From the human T2T-CHM13v2.0 reference genome, Homo sapiens, in NCBI RefSeq assembly GCF_009914755.1, contig NC_060937.1: a stretch of 64,000 bases of DNA; one strand, given 5' to 3'. The stretch's first letter is position 1, and each line of letters starts with the position of its first letter. A program made the position numbers and the translations under genes. A model generated the notes under the pieces. It ran no database searches, was not told the DNA's origin, and was given only the letters and a program-made list of their open reading frames with translations. Positions 58,870-64,000 of the stretch are shown here, piece after piece.

Positions 58870-61800
58870 CTAACAAAATGAACTCTGGAATAGAGAATCC
58901 AGAAATAGACCCACACATATATAGTCAACTGATCTTTGACAAGAGTGAAGACAATTCAATGGAGGAAGGACAGTCTTTTTAACAAATGATGCTGGACATC
59001 TGCATGCAAAATAATGAATCTAGACACGGAGCTTGCATCTTTCACAAAAATTAATCTAAAAAGGATTATAGCCCTCAATGGAAAATGCAAAACCATAAAA
59101 CTCCTAGAAAATAACATAGGATAAAACCTGGGTAACCTTGGGTTTGATGATGACTTTTTAGATACAAAGCCAAAGCAAAATCCATGAAAGAAAAATTGGT
59201 AGTTGAACTTCATTAAAAATTCAAAACTTCTGTTTTGTGAAAGATGCTGTTAAGATAATGAAAAGACAAGACAAAAAAATCTTTGAAAAGCATATAAAGG
59301 TCTCTACAAGGAGAACTACAAAACACTGCTGAAATAAATCACAGATGACACAAACAAATGGAAATACATCCCTTGCTCATGGATTGGAAGAATCAATATC
59401 ATAAAAAATGACCATACTTCCCAAAGCAATCTACAGATTCAGTACTGTTACTATTAAAATACCAACATCATTTTTCACAGAATTAGAAAATAATCCTAAA
59501 ATTCATATGGAATAGAAAAAGACCTTCAATAGCCAGAGCAATCCTAAGCAAAAGAACAAATCTGGAGGCATCACATCACCAGACTTCAAATTATACTACA
59601 AGGCTACAGAAACTAAAACGGCATGGTATTGGTATAAATATAGATAAACAGATCAATGGAGTAGAATATAGAATCTAGAAATAAAGTCAGATATACCCAG
59701 CTGATCTTTGACAAAGCATAAGAGCAAATAAATTAGGGAAAGGACATCCTATTCAATAAATGGTGCTGAGAAAACTGGATAGCCACATGTAGAAGAATGA
59801 AACTGGATCCCTCTCTCTCTCACCATATTACAAAAATCAACTCAAGGTGGATTAAAGACTTAAATCTAAGACGTGAAACCATAAAAAATTCTGTAAGAAA
59901 ACCTAGAAAAAACTCCTTTGGACCCTGGCCTAGGCAAAGAATTTATGATTAAGACCCCAAAATCAAATTCAATGAAAGCAAAAATAAGGAAATAGGACCT
60001 AATTAAACTAAAAAGCTTCTGCACAGCAAAAGAAATAATCATCAGAGTAAACAGACAACCCACAATGAGAGAAAATATTTGCAAACTATGCACCTGACAA
60101 AGGACTTATATCCAGAATCTACAAGGAACTCAAACAAATCAGCAAGAAAAAACAAATAGTCTCATCAAAAAGTGGGTAAATGACATGAATAGACAATCCT
60201 CAAAAGACGATATATAAATAGCCAACAAAAATATGAAAAAATGCTCAGCATCACTAATCATCAGGGAAATGCAAACTAAAACCACAATGAGATACCACCT
60301 TACTCCAGCCAGAATGGTCATTGTTAACAAGTCAAAAAAAACAATGGATGTTGGTGTGGATGTGGTGAAGAGGGAATGCTTATAAACTGCTGGGGGGAAT
60401 GTAAACGAGTACAACCTCTCTGGAAAATAGTATGGAGATTTCTCAAACAACTAAAAGTAATTCTACCATTTGACCCAGAAATCCCACTACTGAGTATCTA
60501 CTCAAAGGAAAATAAATAATTATGTCAAAAAGACACCTGCATGTGTGTGTTTATCGCAGTATAGTTCACAATTGCAAAGATGTGAAACCAACCTAAGTGC
60601 CCATCAATCAGTGGATAAAGAAAATGTGCTACTATACACATGGAATACTACTCAGCCACAAAATAACAAAATAATGTCTTTTGTAGCAACTCGGATGGAG
60701 CTGGAGGCCATTATTCTAAGTGAAGTGACTCAGGAATGCAAAGTAAATACTGTATGTTCTCACATATAGGTGGGAGCTAAGCTACAGGTACACAAAACCA
60801 TGCAGGGTGGTATAATGGATATTGGAGACTCAGAAGGAGGGTGATGGATAAAAAACTATATATTGAGTACAATGTACACAGCTAGGGTGACAGGTGCACT
60901 AAAATCTCAGATTGCACCATTGTATAATTTGCCTATGTAACCAAAAACCACTTGTACTCAAAAAGCTATTGAAATATCATATATATATATAATTTATATA
61001 TTATATATAAACATATCTGATAAAGGGCTGGTATACAAAATATACAAAAAAAACTCTTAAAGCTGAACAGTAAGAAAACAACTCAATTTAAAATGGGGAA
61101 AAATCTGAACAGACACCTCATTAAAGAAGACATGTAGATGGCCAATAAATACATGAGAAATTGCCAACATCATGTATCTTTAGAAAACTGCAAGTTAAAA
61201 CAATAATGAAATACCACTACACATCTATTAGAATGACTAAAATCACAAACACAACACTGAATGTGACGATGTAGAGTAACAAGTGGTCTCATTCATTGCT
61301 GATGGAAACGCAAAATGGTATAGCTGCTTGGGAATGCAGTCTGACAATTTCTCACATAACTAAACATACTCTTAATATAAGATCCTGCAGTTGCACTCCT
61401 TGGTATTAACCCAAATGAATTGAAAACTTATATTTACACAAAAAACTGCATGTGAGTATTTATAGCAGATTTATTCAGAATTACCAAAACTTGGAAGCAA
61501 CTAAGATGTCCTTCAGTAGGTGAATTAATAAACTATGGTAAATTCACACAATGGAATATTATTCAGTGATTATCAATCCACAAAAAATCATGGAGGAACC
61601 TTAAATACATACTGCCGAGTGAAAAAAAGGGGATCTGGAAAGGCTACACACCATATGATTCCAACTATATAACATTCTGAAAAAGGCACTCTTATGGAGA
61701 TAATAAAAAGATCAGTGGTTGCCGTGGGCTTAGTGGGGAGGGGAGAAGGGATGAATAAGTGAATGGAGAGGGCATTTTTAGGAAGGTGAAACTATTCTGT

Positions 61801-62085
61801 ACAATACCATAATGGTGGGTACATAATATATTTGTCAAAACCCACAGAACACACAACACAGCGTGAACCTTAATATGAACTATGGACTTTTAGTTAATTA
61901 TGTATCAATATTGGCTCATCAATTTTAATAAATGTACCACACGAATAAAATATGTTAATAATAGAGGAAATGAGCAGTATTGTGGAGGGCAGCAGTAAGA
62001 GAAGGGTATATAGGAACTCTGTATTTTCCACTTAATTTTTCTGTAAACTTGAAACTGTTCTAAAAAATAAAGTCTATTCAAAAAT
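58870..62085 (+). mobile_element. L1MC-type element hosting a younger L1PB
   Basis: ORF2 3' sequence at 58870-59295 resumes at ~61010 and ends in an L1MC-like 3'UTR (TTTGTCAAAACCCACAGAA...GGAACTCTGTATTTTC...AATAAAGTCTATT). Confidence 0.85.
59296..60975 (+). mobile_element. L1PB (5'-truncated ORF2 + 3'UTR)
   Basis: CTCTACAAGGAGAACTACAAAACACTGCTG...GGGTGACAGGTGCACTAAAATCTCAGA...AGCTATTGAAAT. Confidence 0.9.
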
Positions 62086-63015
62086 CTACATGATTCAAGG
62101 CCAGGCTGGCAAACATTTTATCTCTATTTATAAGCAAGATAGACTTAGTATAGTGTGATTATTCAGAATTAGAAAACATACATATATATTTGTTTATCTC
62201 TCCCAGGAAAATACAAAAAAGTATCAAAACTGTAAGAATTAAATGACTACTTCTTAAGAAACCCAAACCATAAAGATTTAGAATATTCTTACAAAAGTAT
62301 AGTTTCAGTTGTCTTGAAGACATTGTATTTATGTTCTTCTGTTTAACTCAGTATTTACTAATCCAGTTTAAATAAGGAGAATTTGATTTATTAAATATGT
62401 CCTAACCACAAAGAGAAAATTTTCTGGACAATTAATTTTGAAATTAGCCTTTTTCTCATGCTTATTTTATCCATAATTTAGCTTTTGAGAACAGAGGATG
62501 ATTGTCAGAACATTTCAGTAATCAGTATTTATCAATCCTTTATTAGAACTCTGGTCCTAAAATATAACAGTTATAGAAGAAAATCTGTGTAGACAATCAC
62601 CCAAGACTTTTCCCACCATACATACATTCCCAGATCTAAATATAGTAGATCTATAAAATTCTAAATAAAAATGTTCAAAGAATTTCAAATCAATATTTTT
62701 TTTTAGGGTGGAATGAGTTCCCAGTGGGCCCAAGATCAACTCTATAATTTGTCTTGGTAGTTAATTATCATAATAGACTAACTATATTACATTCTATATA
62801 AAAATAAGACTTGTGCAGCAACATTCATTTGAATTTGTTAGTCCTCAGTAGGATTTTATTTCTGTTGCATTGTAAAACTGGTGTTTCAATTTGTGTACTC
62901 TTCATCCTATTTACGTAGACTGTACATACTTAATGTTAAGCTATGAATATTGTAAATATTATAAATACCAGGTAACTTATTTATGTTCCAGAACAACTCG
63001 GGAGGAATTATTATT

Positions 63016-63135
63016 TTTTGTGTCAAAGTACTTCAAGGCAAAGGTGATAACAAATATCGAAAATAAATGATTTGATGAAGAGCTATGTTTCATTACAACA
63101 GTGCTTGACATGTATATATTAACAGGTATTTGTAG
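63016..63135 (+). repeat. Left arm of an inverted duplication (partner 63881-64000)
   Basis: Ungapped 111/120 identity to the reverse complement of 63881-64000, counted by hand. Confidence 0.95.
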
Positions 63136-63189
63136 AATGAAAGACTGGGTGAATATATACTCCTAAACTTAACAAAACAATAAAGGAAG

Positions 63190-63680
63190 GTTACTACATT
63201 TATTGAACATCTACTATGTACTAGGCAGTCTGCACATTATCATGAAACAGCACAGCAAACTACCATTATATAAACAATTAAAGATGAAAATGGTGGCTCA
63301 TGCCTGTAATCCCAGTACTTTGGGAGGCCGAGGCGAGCAGATCACGAGATCAGGAGATTGGGACCATCCTGGCTAACACAGTGAAACCCCGTCTCTACTA
63401 AAAATACAAAAAAAATTAGCTGGGCGTGGTGGTGGGTGCCTGTAGTCCCAGCTACTCAGGAGGCTGAGGCAGGAGAATGGCGTGAACCCAGCAGGCGGAG
63501 CTTGCAGTGAGCCGAGATCACGTCACTGCACTCCAGCCTGGGCAACAGAGTGAGACTCCATCTCAAAAAAAAAAGAAAAAAAAGATGAAAAAGGCTAAGT
63601 AACTTGCCCAAGTTTACACAGCTGTTAAGTGGCAGAGTTAGAATGCAAACTGGGAATGTTTCTGACCCCTGTTCTTACTT
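63190..63680 (-). mobile_element. MIR split by AluY
   Basis: CATTTATTGAACATCTACTATGT...[Alu]...TAAGTAACTTGCCCAAGTTTACACAGCTG. Confidence 0.8.
63291..63583 (+). mobile_element. AluY, slightly 5'-truncated
   Basis: GAATGGCGTGAACCC and GGAGCTTGCAGTGAG (Y diagnostics); TSD AAAGATGAAAA. Confidence 0.96.
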
Positions 63681-63880
63681 TTACTCATTCTATGTTGCCT
63701 AATAGAGATGAGTAGTTGGAATCATATGGTCTGTAGATCTGAAAATTTGAAATCATAACATCCTCAAACTTGGGTAAAAAACCCTCTCTTCTCCAAGTTT
63801 TGGGATGTACTCTGTGCCCAACAGAAGAAGGTAGAATTAAGAGCATGCTAACAGTCCTTAAAATACTGCAGTGAGTATAT

Positions 63881-64000
63881 CTACGAATACCTGTTAATAT
63901 GTACATGCCAAGCACAGCTGTAATCAAACATAGCTCTTCATCACATCATTTATTTTTGATATTTGTTATCACCTTTGCCTTGGAGTACTTTGACACAAAA
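63881..64000 (-). repeat. Right arm of the inverted duplication, truncated by the window end
   Basis: Reverse complement of 63016-63135; identity continues to the last base of the window. Confidence 0.95.

Overview
AT-rich primate (probably human) nuclear DNA, not prokaryotic: it is dense in Alu, L1, L2, MIR, MaLR/ERV LTR and Tigger/MER DNA-transposon remnants. I recognise no intact protein-coding gene, RNA gene or CRISPR array, and most ORF-track entries are repeat-derived or spurious. The main non-repeat landmark is one CpG-island promoter (~23.77-24.40 kb) with NRF1, GC-box, ETS and CTCF motifs and a minus-strand splice donor. Several AG/GT-bounded exon-like segments lie mainly on the minus strand, some fully open and some carrying stops. 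They may be a spliced lncRNA or a decayed multi-exon gene that I cannot name. The clearest unexplained structure is an inverted duplication at the right edge (63016-63135 vs 63881-64000, 111/120 identical, running off the window). I found no convincing new biological system. Repeat subfamily calls come from remembered consensus sequences and their boundaries are approximate.
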